Assembly: GCF_018977255.1 (NCBI RefSeq) | Contig: NW_024704743.1 | Span: 16,122,001 to 16,186,000 of the forward strand | DNA length: 64,000 bases | Source of the DNA: Callorhinchus milii | Taxonomy: Eukaryota | Direction: 5' to 3' | Program-made: the position numbers and the translations under genes | The notes under the pieces: generated by a model | Told to the model about the DNA's origin: nothing | The model's input: only the letters and a program-made list of their open reading frames with translations | Databases searched by the model: none | Shown: in pieces, positions 52,698 through 64,000 of the stretch | How the letters are laid out: every line of letters starts with the position of its first letter | Position numbering within the stretch: position 1 is the stretch's first letter

Positions 52698-55600
52698 TTG
52701 ATTATATGTGTGTTTCATTCACCTTCTGTTTTGGTGGTGTTAAAATCTGTGATCCCTATAACATTTGCGCCCATTGCAACCTTCACAGTACATCCTTATC
52801 TCACAAGTCACCTCATACCTCCTCCACTGCAAAAGCTGCCTCTAAGTAGTTCAACATAAAATAATAATAAAAATAATAATTCTTGCAGTTGATATAGCGC
52901 TTTTCATGTCTTCTCGACGTCTCAAAGTGTTTCACAGAATAGACTGTAAAGTGAATTGACCGTATATTTGTGGATGAAACGCAGCAGCCAATTGCGCAAA
53001 GCAGTGTCCCACAAACAGTCGTGGATTAAAAATGACCAATTTATTATTGTTTTGTTTTGGAGAGATTATTATTAGGCGTGTGGAGTAAGGAAACTTGCCC
53101 AAGGTTTCGCCCTGCCTAGAATAATATAAATAATAAAAATAATAATCTTTGCATTCGATTCAGTGTCATTCGCATTGTGGTGGGGTGAGTAGGGGAGGAG
53201 AAGATTTATTGCAAAGTGTAGTGATTGTGCATTTTGGAGGCAAACGCAGCAGCCAATTTGTCCACAACAATATCCCACAAACGCCGATGAAGTAAATGAT
53301 CAATTTTGTCTGAAGGATTGTTGGCCAGGATACCAGGAGGAACACCCTTCTCTTTTTGAATAGTGCTGTTATTGTCTACCTGAACAGGCAGACAGGATAT
53401 CTTAATTTTTATAACTCCCAAGTCCACTCGAGACTTGAAAGATGCTATCATGGGGTGCTCTTCCCTCACAACTGATTAAAACTAAATTTAAACATTTTCC
53501 AAAATCCTTCACAATTTTAATATTCAATATATTTGGATTAACAATTTTAATCGTTAAGACAGTGGTTTCAACGCTAAGACCATCAGAAATTTCAGGCTTC
53601 TTATTGTCCTCCAGTCCACACCCTTGAAGCTGTTCTGGAATGATGTCTCTCTGAACCATGCAGCTGTTGTTTCTAGTAGAGTCTGGTCCTTGATAATGTG
53701 GAATCATATAAAGGCTGGACCAATTGGTGCAAGATTCAAAGAATTATTAGGCTTCAGATTCGCCACAGCTTCCTCGTTTGAAACCCACTGACAGATCTAA
53801 TGCAGACTGGGTCTCTGCTCTGCTGCACAGGAGGCAGCAAACTGATTGAAATGCCACAGCTTTGTCCTTGTCCCTCTGAATCTGCCCTCTGCCCACACAA
53901 GATCTGGGCACTGAGGATCCACACGGTTGACAGGCTTTACAGAACCGTTCGTTGACTTGAGCATTGGTAACATCTGAAGAGATTGAATGGTTGGCTTATA
54001 TAAAGCTTTTAAATTGCTTCCCTAAACTTTCTGAATGCTTCTGAAGACTGTATTCTGCACTCTCTTCCTGGGTACATTAATGGTCAAATCCCATCACAGA
54101 CAGCTGTGTAATTATACCCTGCAAAGGGCACCATGTAATTTTGTAATCAATTACCTGAAATGTGTTTGACTGAAAAGGATATTTTGCTAGAAACGTCTCA
54201 AAATAATTCGTACTAGGAACTGCACAAAAATGATGAAATTTTGAGATCAATATTGAGGAATGGTGAGCAAGGAGGGACCCAGAAAGGTTTTTGTACAAGT
54301 TCTCTCAAGCTTTCCATTTTGTACCAGAATGAACCAGATCATGTATTCTCCAGTAATGTATAGCTTGCTATTCACAATGTTGTACTCAGCAATAGTCCAA
54401 AGAGCAACTGATAGATGCATTTGCGCAGAAGTGTTAACTTTCAGCCAATTATTTCTCCTGAAAGCATCTGATTAAAATTGTTACCAGGTACTAACCTTTA
54501 TCTTGAATAAATAAAGAACAAAACAGCTGATAACTTAATGGGTTGTATCAATGAAATCTACCCGTAAATACAGGTGAAATGAAAATGGAGTTGCTAAACC
54601 CACCTCAATGAAATTTTTCTGAAAGACTCTGAAATTCTCAGCCTACGAATAGAATTTACTTTTTTATACGCCTTTTACATCAGGAGGAAGTCTCAAAGCT
54701 CTTCACAGTGCTGGATAGGCACCCAAGCTAGGGGTGGGTGCCCAGAGGGCGTAGGGTGGGGTGGGAAGGAGAAAAATAACCAAAAGTATGGTCAATAAAA
54801 GTATTTTTTGAGATATGCCTTGAAAGAGGGGAAGGAGGGAGTCAATGAGTCAGAGACTCTGGAGTGAAATTTCAGAGAACGAGTGCAGAATGGCGGGGGC
54901 ATGAAGCAGGCAAGTGTTCGCTGAGAAAAGGGAGTGGCCGGGACAGTAAGCTACAATACCATTTTGTCTTAAATTTGGGCAGAATTCTGAAATATTCTTA
55001 ACTTTGGGCCTTAATCTGGAAGCCTCTATTTTGCAACGGTGGAAAAACAGCTTCCTAGTTAAGGCCGAATTTAAGAATTTTTCACAATTCCTCCTGATCT
55101 TAAATTTTTAAATCAAATGATCTTATAGGCGAAGACAAGGAGAAAATTCAGGTCTTGTGGTTACAAACCAGAAGTGTCAGACAGTCAGAATCGTTGCCAT
55201 TTGTTTCCTTAAACCTTGATACGTACAAGCGGTTTCTGTGATCTGAAATGTCCTTTTACAATGCGATTACGCTTTTGATATCAAACAGTAACAATAACAC
55301 GAGAACTGGTGAGTACAGAGACACAATGATCAGCTTAACAAAGTGAGATGTGCTACTTGTGCCTTGCCGTTATCCCACTCTCTTAAAGCCTCGGGTTGTC
55401 CAACATGGATCACTGTTATGGAAACCAATGGAAAACCATACTCACATTTAACACATCATCTCCAGGGGACACTTTGAACTTTGAAGACAGAGAGTTTCTA
55501 CACTATGAAGGATCGGTATTCCATAAATTCCACAAAACGGCAAACATTAACAAAAATATATGGTTTAAAGGAAATTCATTTCAAACGTTTTGTTTATTTT

Positions 55601-58034
55601 TATGGTACAAAGTAAAAGTGACAGATCTGAAGCTGTTTAGAAATACACAAAGTGCAGCTTAACTGACCATACAGATATTGCTCTAGATAAAGTACAGTAT
55701 TTTCAGTCTATAAAAGGTAAGCAACCTGTGCAGGTAAGTCAGCTTTGGTTTAAGTGTCTGAACAGTAAGGATCTTGACCTGGTGAGCTTGGTCTCTGGGT
55801 CCGGTTCTTAACCTCCACTCCTCTCGCAGCTTCAGCAAGACAATCCTCTTACTGCCAGGTAACAGCAGCATGTTCCCTTTGGTAGGATCCATACCGAGAT
55901 TCTCTGCAGCAATTTAACAAGTGACCCTGGTGACAATTTTATAGCTGCTAGCAAAACGTTCATTTGCGAATGAATTAATGGACAATTGTGCTGCACGTAC
56001 AGTTTTTTTTCTGGATTTATAAACAAGCAAAACACATGACTTTCACATTCAGCTGAGAACAAAGGGAAGCGAGTACAAACTTCAACCCAAACAGATTCAC
56101 TCAATTGATCAAAGTCTAACAAGGAAATTAGTGGTTTTGAATGTTGTATTTTAGGGTTCTAGAAGTAGACTGTTGAGGTAAAGCATTTATAAAGAGATTT
56201 AAAAAGTAACAGTTTAACATTGTGAGATTGTCTGTAATATCAAGCCACATCTATACAATGTGCATATACCTATACCCATATACTCTGAGCTTTGGTCCAG
56301 CATTGATAAGATGAGCAAAGGCATTTTAATTCTATATTTGGTTACAGCTTGAGTTACATAAGCCTCTACTTATCTTCCTCAGTTCCATTCAGTATATCTC
56401 ATTTCCGATAATGCAATGAAAATGAGCCACGAATGAGTTAAACCTTTTAAACAATTTGATTCTTTCGTTCTTTGCTTGTAGCTATGTTAAACAAAGCCGC
56501 TGAAGAGGACGGAAGTACATTTGCTACTGGAAAAGGAAAACAAATAGGGAATTAATGTGACACACATAATGAATATATACCAGCAACTACATGGACTGCA
56601 GTATCTTTCTTGTTGGCCAGTGGCACCGAAACCTTTCATTAACAATTGGTTTCATTTCCCTCAAATATATTTCTACAGCATGTCTATGACGTGTGTTACC
56701 AGAAGGAAAAAGGTCTGACAAATCTAAGCAAGGAATTATCACCAGGCATGTGACTCGATCCAAAATAATCATTTTGGTCACATTGACAATGAAAAGCCTG
56801 CCTTATGACATAATTACGTAACAAAGGATGTACATTAACAACATTAACCATGACTTTGGAGAGGGCAGTTCTTGATCACTAAAGCCTGAGGTGCTCATTT
56901 GGTAATGAGACTCACAGGCTACTACTGAGCAGAGTGCCTGAGTAAAGTACTATTCTTGTTAACAGTCTCAGCACTGGATCTGAGCTTTAAAAGTTGGGGA
57001 GTTTTCTCTTTGAAAGCACCTGCACAGTGATGGAGCTACTTGGTGGGACTCTGACAGACTGCTGTCGTGTCACTCAGACATGGCTAAACTACAGGCTGGT
57101 CAAATTCCGCCCCCTCCTCCTGCATAGGAACGAATGCCCACTGCTTAACTAACTGGACACAGTTAAATTAATCAGTTACGGTTTCATTCATGCCAAACTA
57201 GAATAATTACTTGGTCAAAATTGAATATAATATTAATCGGCTGGATCGTGCAAAAATAAGTGCTCCGAATAAGACGTTCCATTGAAGTATAAGAAACAGC
57301 GCACAGACTCTGCATGTGTCAAAGGTCAAATGGGTGGAACTACTTCCTTGTATGTGAGTTCTAACTTTGAATAAAGATTTTTTTCAGAAAGGTTTGACAC
57401 GTACAGTATTCTCACAAACTTGGGGAAAAGTACATTATTCAGAGCCGGGTCTTGCATTTCTGGTTGCGTGACCTTGGATTAATAGCAGTCTGAGACTGTG
57501 TAAGCAGAAATAAGAAAGGCAGCTGCTCAGTAAACAGAGTTATGATTTATTATCAACTCTGTTGAGTTATGAACTACTAATCTCTGGTCCATCACCTGGA
57601 CCAGGTTGTTGTTTGGATTCTGACTGGGATCGAATTCTCCCTGTTTCACCAGATTGGAGTGTGCACTGATGATTCTTTCAAATTAAGCTCCATTTTGAGA
57701 ATATATAATAAAAAAGAATCATGTCACTCTGAGAAAGATTGATGATATCTTGTAATTTGTCCCGTAGATGCAGCCAATATTCCTGCAGCACGTCTCAGAC
57801 TGGAAGCTGAGACAATCAAATGCCTGCCTGAAAATTAGGTTTCGTAACTGAGTATGAACTGGCTCTTTAAAGAGTAACCATAAATAACTATCGTCCCTTC
57901 CTTCCTCGGCACTTGACTGTGTGAACCATCGTGACAAAAGAAAAACGCAAAGGAGTTTTGAAAGTACTGGAAATGCATTGGTTAGCACCGAAACCTATTC
58001 ATGCAATGGGAGGCAATCGATCCTTTTGTGTTCT

Positions 58035-58320
58035 TCATAGAATCAGGGAACGTTACAGCACAGAAACATTCGGACCATCACGTCTACTCTGGTGTTTTTC
58101 CCCACACAAGTCACTGAATCCCACACTCCTGCTCACTCGCCATATCCTTTATATTCATTTTTGAGCATCCATCCAATTCCCTATTGCAATAATTTGTGGC
58201 CTCTGCTCCAACATGGGTTTGTGGCAGGGAATTCCATATTCCAACTACCCTCTGTGTAAAGATTATTTTTCTAACCTCCCCTTAATTCTCCTTTTGATTA
58301 TCTTACATTACTGCTGTCTT
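58035..58320 (-). mobile_element. Degraded CR1 3' fragment
   Basis: catagaatc tail followed by ...ggcagggaattccatattccaactaccctctgtgtaaag, a typical CR1 3' end. Confidence 0.65.
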
Positions 58321-58475
58321 GTCCCTAGCTCATATCTAACCTGTTCTTAAAATAATAGGATTAAGTACAACTTTACGACTTTAACAATATTTAACATGGA
58401 TTATTCTGGCCAGCAAAATAGACACTGCATCCAAAATGTACTTTAAAGAAGACATCACTTCTCATTGTATTTGAC

Positions 58476-58507
58476 GTGTGTGTGTGTCTGTGTGTGTGTG
58501 CGTGTGT
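58476..58507. repeat. (TG)n microsatellite
   Basis: Directly visible, imperfect. Confidence 0.85.
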
Positions 58508-59680
58508 GGGGGAGTGATTGTGTAAGTGTTTGTGGGTGTATTTGGGGACTGGCTGAATTTGTGTGTTGGTTAGGAAAGGGAAAATTCCTAAATAATCTGT
58601 GATCTGATGTTTGGGAAAATCAACCGGAGTTGTAAATAAAACCCAGTTCCCATTTACAATCTGCACAGTGCTGTAGCTCTGTGTGTCAGCATACGCACTG
58701 ATCTGAACGCTGGTTCTGAATAAGTAAGATCTGACAGTAAAAAGAGTCCTTGATGTGGTCATGACCCAATCCTAATCTTTCATTTAACCTCTTTCATTTT
58801 TTTTCTCTTAACCAGTATGGTATTGAAATTCTTTGGCTAACAGGCTTTGGAAAAAATTGCTTTGCACACAAAATTCACATTGATGCTGCATTACACAAAC
58901 AATTGAGGTTGCGGTACAACCCTGCTAAATAAAACCTCACCATGTTCGTGGCCATTTCTGTAATGCATGGGAAGCCAGTCTTATATTACTGACCACCTGC
59001 ACAATTACCCTTTGTTTTTGTACCACTAAAATACCTGCTGCACAGTGCAATTTAAAACCTATCACTGCAACTGTCTGCAACCGCCAATTACTTCGAAAAT
59101 TGTTGGCACACGAACATTTCTGGTCTTACAATAGCACATAAGAGAGACAAAATGACTACTTTTGTAATGCCTTCTACAGTTGTGCTAACCCCCAACATGA
59201 GAAATTCATACATTTTCTGTAATTACAAATGTAAAAACTTTAAACACAATTTACACTCAAAAACAGTAGGCTAATAATTGAACTCTGTTATTTGTTTCTG
59301 ACTTTGGTTAATAGGTTTAGTATCAATTCAGCACTTTGTACCTGACGGTAACAGGCATCCCTTCAGACGATGTCCTCATACGAATACAGAGCTCTCTGTA
59401 TCTCATGGAAGGTTTCTTTGTCAAATATTTTCACATATTTTACAGTACAAGAAATGTTTATTTGGTTCAGTTTCAGTCCGTTAAAAGACTGTTGTTTTTT
59501 TTGTTTGTTTGTTAAAACTATTTCTACGGCACAATTAAGTGTTGTGTTGTCTTTCTTTCCCCCCCAAAATAACAGACCCGACTGCCAGCCTTGAAATTGC
59601 TCTGTCCGCACAGCAAATATCCAGTCTTTTACTCGCTTCTCCCAAGAATTTCAGCTTCAGCACTAAGCAACGGATCTCTT

Positions 59681-60077
59681 TTATGAGGCTTCGTCCAAGG
59701 AGTCTGTGAGTGGTTCCATTGAGCCTGCTGTTGAAGGCTCGTGTTGTTTTATGCGTTTGATTGTGTTTTTCAAGGCTTGCCTCTTGTTGCAGAACCAAAC
59801 TCGCACCACCTCACGGTCATAGTTTAGTTTTTCAGCGATTTCCGTCATTTCTTGGCCTGATGGGTGCGTATTCTTTTCAAAGTGAGCATTTAAGATCTCC
59901 AGGGCCTGTGGGGTGAAAGAGGTCCGTCGCTTGCGCTTTTTGGAAGGTTCACTGCCGATAAACTCAGTTAGATTCTGCATTCCTGCTCGGTGGCGGGCCT
60001 CAGCCTCGGCCATCCACCGCTCAAGAACGGGCTTAATCTTCTGGGCACTTTTAGGGGTGATGTCCAGCTTTTCGAAC
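59681..60077 (-). CDS. POU6F2: POU6F2 terminal coding exon (end of POU-specific domain, linker, POU homeodomain), short-form acceptor
   Basis: Acceptor cctgcCAG/G. FEKLDITPKSAQKIKPVLERWMAEAEARHRAGMQNLTEFIGSEPSKKRKRRTSFTPQALEILNAHFEKNTHPSGQEMTEIAEKLNYDREVVRVWFCNKRQALKNTIKR...EPLTDSLDEAS* is class VI POU with the POU6F2-type linker and tail. Synteny with YAE1 agrees. Confidence 0.97.
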
Positions 60078-60185
60078 CTGGCAGGATACAAAAGGCCAGG
60101 GTTCAGTTTGGCTGTCAGACTGCTAGCTATAGAGCTCTCTTGGGCTTCCTGTGGTAGGAAAAAGTGGCTTCTCAGGATGGTGTGT
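60078..60185 (-). CDS. POU6F2: POU6F2 alternative 5' extension of the terminal exon (108 nt, 36-aa insert)
   Basis: Upstream acceptor caactttcctCAG/A. In-frame HTILRSHFFLPQEAQESSIASSLTAKLNPGLLYPAR, nearly identical to the human long-isoform insert as recalled. Confidence 0.9.
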
Positions 60186-62676
60186 CTGAGGAAAGTTGAG
60201 AAAGAAGAGTCTTACTCTGATGCTCTGCCAGGGTGGGAATCTACTGATTGACTGATTCACCGGCAGAGGCATTTCGAACTGTCACTGCTATTTCACAGGA
60301 AGACTGTCTACTAGCAAGAATCAATCTTCAAATACAATTAAATAATAGCATTGTTTTACTTATGTCTATGCTTCCAAATAACATACGTTGCAATATTGTT
60401 AACGGAAAAGTAACAAATCATTCACACAAGTCTTCCATTTACCAGCATATCTTCTATTACCAAACACCATTCCAGTCTCCAACCACACAGTCAGAGGTAG
60501 ATATTCCACCTGTATCCAGAGCTATTTTATATTAGCATTTTAAAGTGTGCAAATATTGGACACTTCTTACCTTTAGCCTTGATTTTGAAGCCTGAATAGA
60601 AAAGTATCCTTCAAAATTCAGATTAAAGTTGAGATTTCTTTCAAAGGACTGCTTTCAAAATTAAAGCTAAATTTAAGAGTTCTATAGAAAATTGGCTCAA
60701 AATTGAGGCTGCATTTGATAATTCCATTAAAAAAAAGGCTTCAAAATTAAGATTAAATTTAAGAATTGTCCAAACAGGGTCTAAAATGCTGAGAAAAAAA
60801 TACCTAAGTCTAGATGTAGGTGGAATTTCTCCCCGTTATAAACAGTGATGAGTGCTTTAAGTTTGTTCTCTTAAATGTACAACAGAACTTTGCTTCAAAT
60901 GAGGTTTTTTTTTGGAATAAAAATGCGGCTGGTGAGGGCTTGGGACACAATGGCACGATGGGCTTGGGAAACAAAGAGTAACAGACCTGACTGTGGTGAA
61001 TCAGTTCTCTTACTTTGCCTTTTGGTACCCAAGATGTGGTAACATTTGTACCAAAAATAATCAGTAAAGGGAGCATTGGTGTTGGAACCATAAATAACTG
61101 TAGTATTCTGAACAGCTGGCCGGCTGACACTGCTGCCTGCATTAGACTATAGCATCAGCAAATCTGTGCCATCCACACTTTAGCATTGCGGTGGACAGAA
61201 ACTGCCCGATTCCTTTTTACAGATGGTTACTGTAAATTCCCCTTTGACAAATTACACAGAATAGATTTAATTGTCTTCTACAAGGTGAGGAAACAGAAAT
61301 TAAAATACTGTGGATTTAGCAAAATACTGAAGTATACGTTTCCTTAATAACATAAAATTCCTTAATACCTGTATTGATGTAGCAATAAGGTTGGGCCAGA
61401 TTTCCCATTGGGGACCAGCAGTTTTAATTTGCTTGTTCAATCTAAAAAAACAATCATTTTCTAACCACTTGTTTTAAAATCAACGACTTTAATCTGCAAG
61501 ATTAATTGCTTTAATTCTATCACCAATCTCACTATTGCAAACTGGGAAGGCTCTACACATAGGGTATTTGGATATGGATAGAGCTATATAGATCAGGCTT
61601 CAATACTTGGTGAATACTATAATTGCTGAGATATGAGCAGCGGGAAAGCTTGCAGAACAGCAATATCGATGGTAAGCTATGCGGTTTTAGTTGGTTCAAC
61701 TCCAGTAGTACCCCAAAGCGCACTCTGGGGTCCCCAAGCCTTGGCTCTTGTCGACCTGCGCCTAATACTTTCTGGAATTAGGTAAGCAGGAAGCGTCCCT
61801 CCAGTGAGAAAATGCGCATTCCATTCCAACAATCTAGCTTTGGGATTTCCATGTGTAGGTGAGATGCATGGAAATCCCAGTTTGGTTTGGATACTCTGAA
61901 GCATGGTGATGGGTTAGACACCTGGTTGACCAAAAAAAGACATGAGCAACTTTGTTACAAACTCTTAACAAGAAGTTTCATAACAAGAAGCAACTGAATA
62001 TTTACAGTAGACATAGAATCGGAGAGAGATTCACTGGCACGTGTAATATTTCAGTGAATAGCAACAATAAAATGTATGAACTCGTTTGAAGTAATCACCA
62101 ATCGCCTACTGCTCTTGTGATCCTATAGTAATAGGAATCCTTACATTTGATATATCGCCTTATCAGGTCTTCAAGACATCTCAAAGCACTTCACAGAATA
62201 GACCGTAATGTAAATTGACTGTATATTTTGTTTGTGGGTGAAACACGACAGCCAATTGTGCACATCAGTGAACCACTAAAAGTCGTGGATTGAATGACCA
62301 AGTTCACCACCATCTTCACCACCACCATTAACCATCCTCTATATAAGTGACTTGCTGGTGGTCTGCACTCCTGACTTATTCCACTCCCCAAGAGTGAACA
62401 CATCTATATCAGCATCAATTTGTGGGATGGCTGGGTCTGTTCCAATAACATTGCAGTTGATATCGCTGTTGCTCATACAACGCAAGCCATGCACGAAGGT
62501 GACTTATGACTACAATAGTATATAATTATACACACACTAAATTCTGCTCTGCATTACAGACTAGTGAACCAGAAATGAATTGCCAAAGTCTCTTGCGGTC
62601 TTTGTGGGCCATTTCTACCAGTGTGTTGAAAGCATCAAACAGCTCAGTCAGTTTAGAGAAAAATAGAGACAGCCAG

Positions 62677-63962
62677 GAATTCACGTATAATGACTGAACT
62701 CCTCTATTTTCACGTCAGAGCACCCAGGCACACTCAAGCACCTGCTTACTTCTAAAAAAAAATCATATTAACACAGGAGAGCTTGCCACTCTCGGGAAAG
62801 GAATGAAGTAATGAAGAACAGATTTCACTTTACAGACAGCGCACAAAGTCTGCAATATTTTTTGGTCAGCCGGGTGTCTGACGCATGCTGAAACTCATCA
62901 CCATACTTCAGTCTCCAAATCAGTCTGAGAGTTCCGTCTATGAATGCTACATATGCGTGGAAATTTCCCAGTGTCTGGAATGGAATGCGCACATTCCTCT
63001 GCTAGGAGGGATATATTCTGTTAATTGCAGAAAGTATTAGGCACAGGTTGGTAGGAATCCCAGAGGGTGCCTTGGGGTACTAATGGAATTTAACCAGTTA
63101 AATACTCATAATAATAATAATAATTCATGTATCTGATATAGCATTTTATCACGTCACTAAGACATTTCAAAGCACTTCACAGAATATACCGTGAAGTGAA
63201 TTGACTGCATATTTCGTGGGTGAAACATGGCAGCCAATTGTGCACAGCAGCGTTCCACAAACAGTCATGCACTGAGTGTTCTATTTATTTTGAAGAGATT
63301 ATTACCACCAGAAAGCAATCCGCCAATCGACTAACAACCGAGTTCCTGGTTGGTAAACAGGTGTGTAGAATAAGGAAACTAAGGCAATCGAACCTGGGTC
63401 CTCTCGCTTGTGAGGCGAGTGCTCTAACCGACACGCTACAGAACTCCATTCATAGTCTGAGGTTTGTAGATATCATCTGGGCTGGTAGTACTGCAATACA
63501 TTGGGCGGTACTGCAGAGCCAGGCCCATGGATGGGATGCGGATATTCCAGAATCAGGCCGTCTGAGAAATTGCCATGTCGGAAGTCAAATCATCTCTTAC
63601 TTTCAAACATACCAAGGTAGAAGGGCAAATGGGCGATTAGGCTATGAAGGGCAATTTTCAGACCAGTTACCAGGAAGTATTACTTTACACAAAGGGCAGT
63701 TAACGACTGGAACTGTTTACCAGGAAGGGTTGTTGAGGCCAGGGCACAGGATTCATTTAAGATTACCGGCTGACCNAAAAATATTGCAGACTTTGTGCGC
63801 TGTCTGTAAAGTGAAATCTGTTCTTCATTACTTCATTCCTTTCCCGAGAGTGGCAAGCTCTCCTGTGTTAATATGATTTTTTTTTAGAAGTAAGCAGGTG
63901 CTTGAGTGTGCCTGGGTGCTCTGACGTGAAAATAGAGGAGTTCAGTCATTATACGTGAATTC
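62677..63962. repeat. 197-bp perfect inverted repeat (arms 62677-62873 and 63766-63962)
   Basis: The arms are exact reverse complements by eye apart from the n at 63776. Confidence 0.9.
63108..63447 (-). mobile_element. tRNA-derived SINE, long form
   Basis: Reverse-complement head at ~63385-63447 and tail at 63108. Confidence 0.85.
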
Positions 63963-64000
63963 TTGGGGAGAGCGCGGAGAAGTGGGATTGATTTGGATAG

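Larger units (their letters stand above)
55580..59680 (-). other. POU6F2: Putative long POU6F2 3'UTR
   Basis: AT-rich and nearly repeat-free stretch after the stop codon. AATAAA on the minus strand at 59457-59462 and 55593-55598. Confidence 0.4.

Noticed and set aside
59913..60251. Antisense 112-aa ORF over POU6F2
   Set aside because: Shadow ORF of a conserved coding exon with no independent support.
63220..63876. 218-aa ORF
   Set aside because: Made of an antisense SINE, unique DNA and the inverted-duplicate arm with an n. No recognisable domain.
62677..63962. DNA transposon with 197-bp TIRs
   Set aside because: No TSD or transposase, the arms cut through another repeat, and the interior is ordinary SINE and intron sequence.

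Overview
Vertebrate genomic DNA, most likely a cartilaginous fish (inferred from the L2/CR1/DeuSINE repeat complement and the protein sequences; a holocephalan is plausible but not proven). Two protein-coding genes are recognisable. POU6F2 contributes its terminal exon (minus strand, about 59.7-60.2 kb), including the alternative upstream acceptor that adds a 36-aa insert to the POU-specific domain. YAE1 lies downstream in the same order as in human. YAE1 exons 2-3 are on the minus strand (2925-3725), but its CpG/E-box promoter and exon 1 are on the PLUS strand (9429-9536), between two inverted ~1.7-kb G/C-rich minisatellite arrays and next to a 25-N gap. This is either a misassembly (more likely) or a real repeat-mediated inversion. 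The ~45 kb between the genes is dominated by tRNA-derived SINEs, Deu-domain SINEs, L2 and CR1 LINEs (one 3.3-kb young L2), an unclassified A-tailed retroposon family, a hAT-type MITE and several short local inverted duplications. No prokaryotic features, CRISPR arrays or genuine tRNA/rRNA genes are supported. Repeat coordinates are approximate, read by eye.
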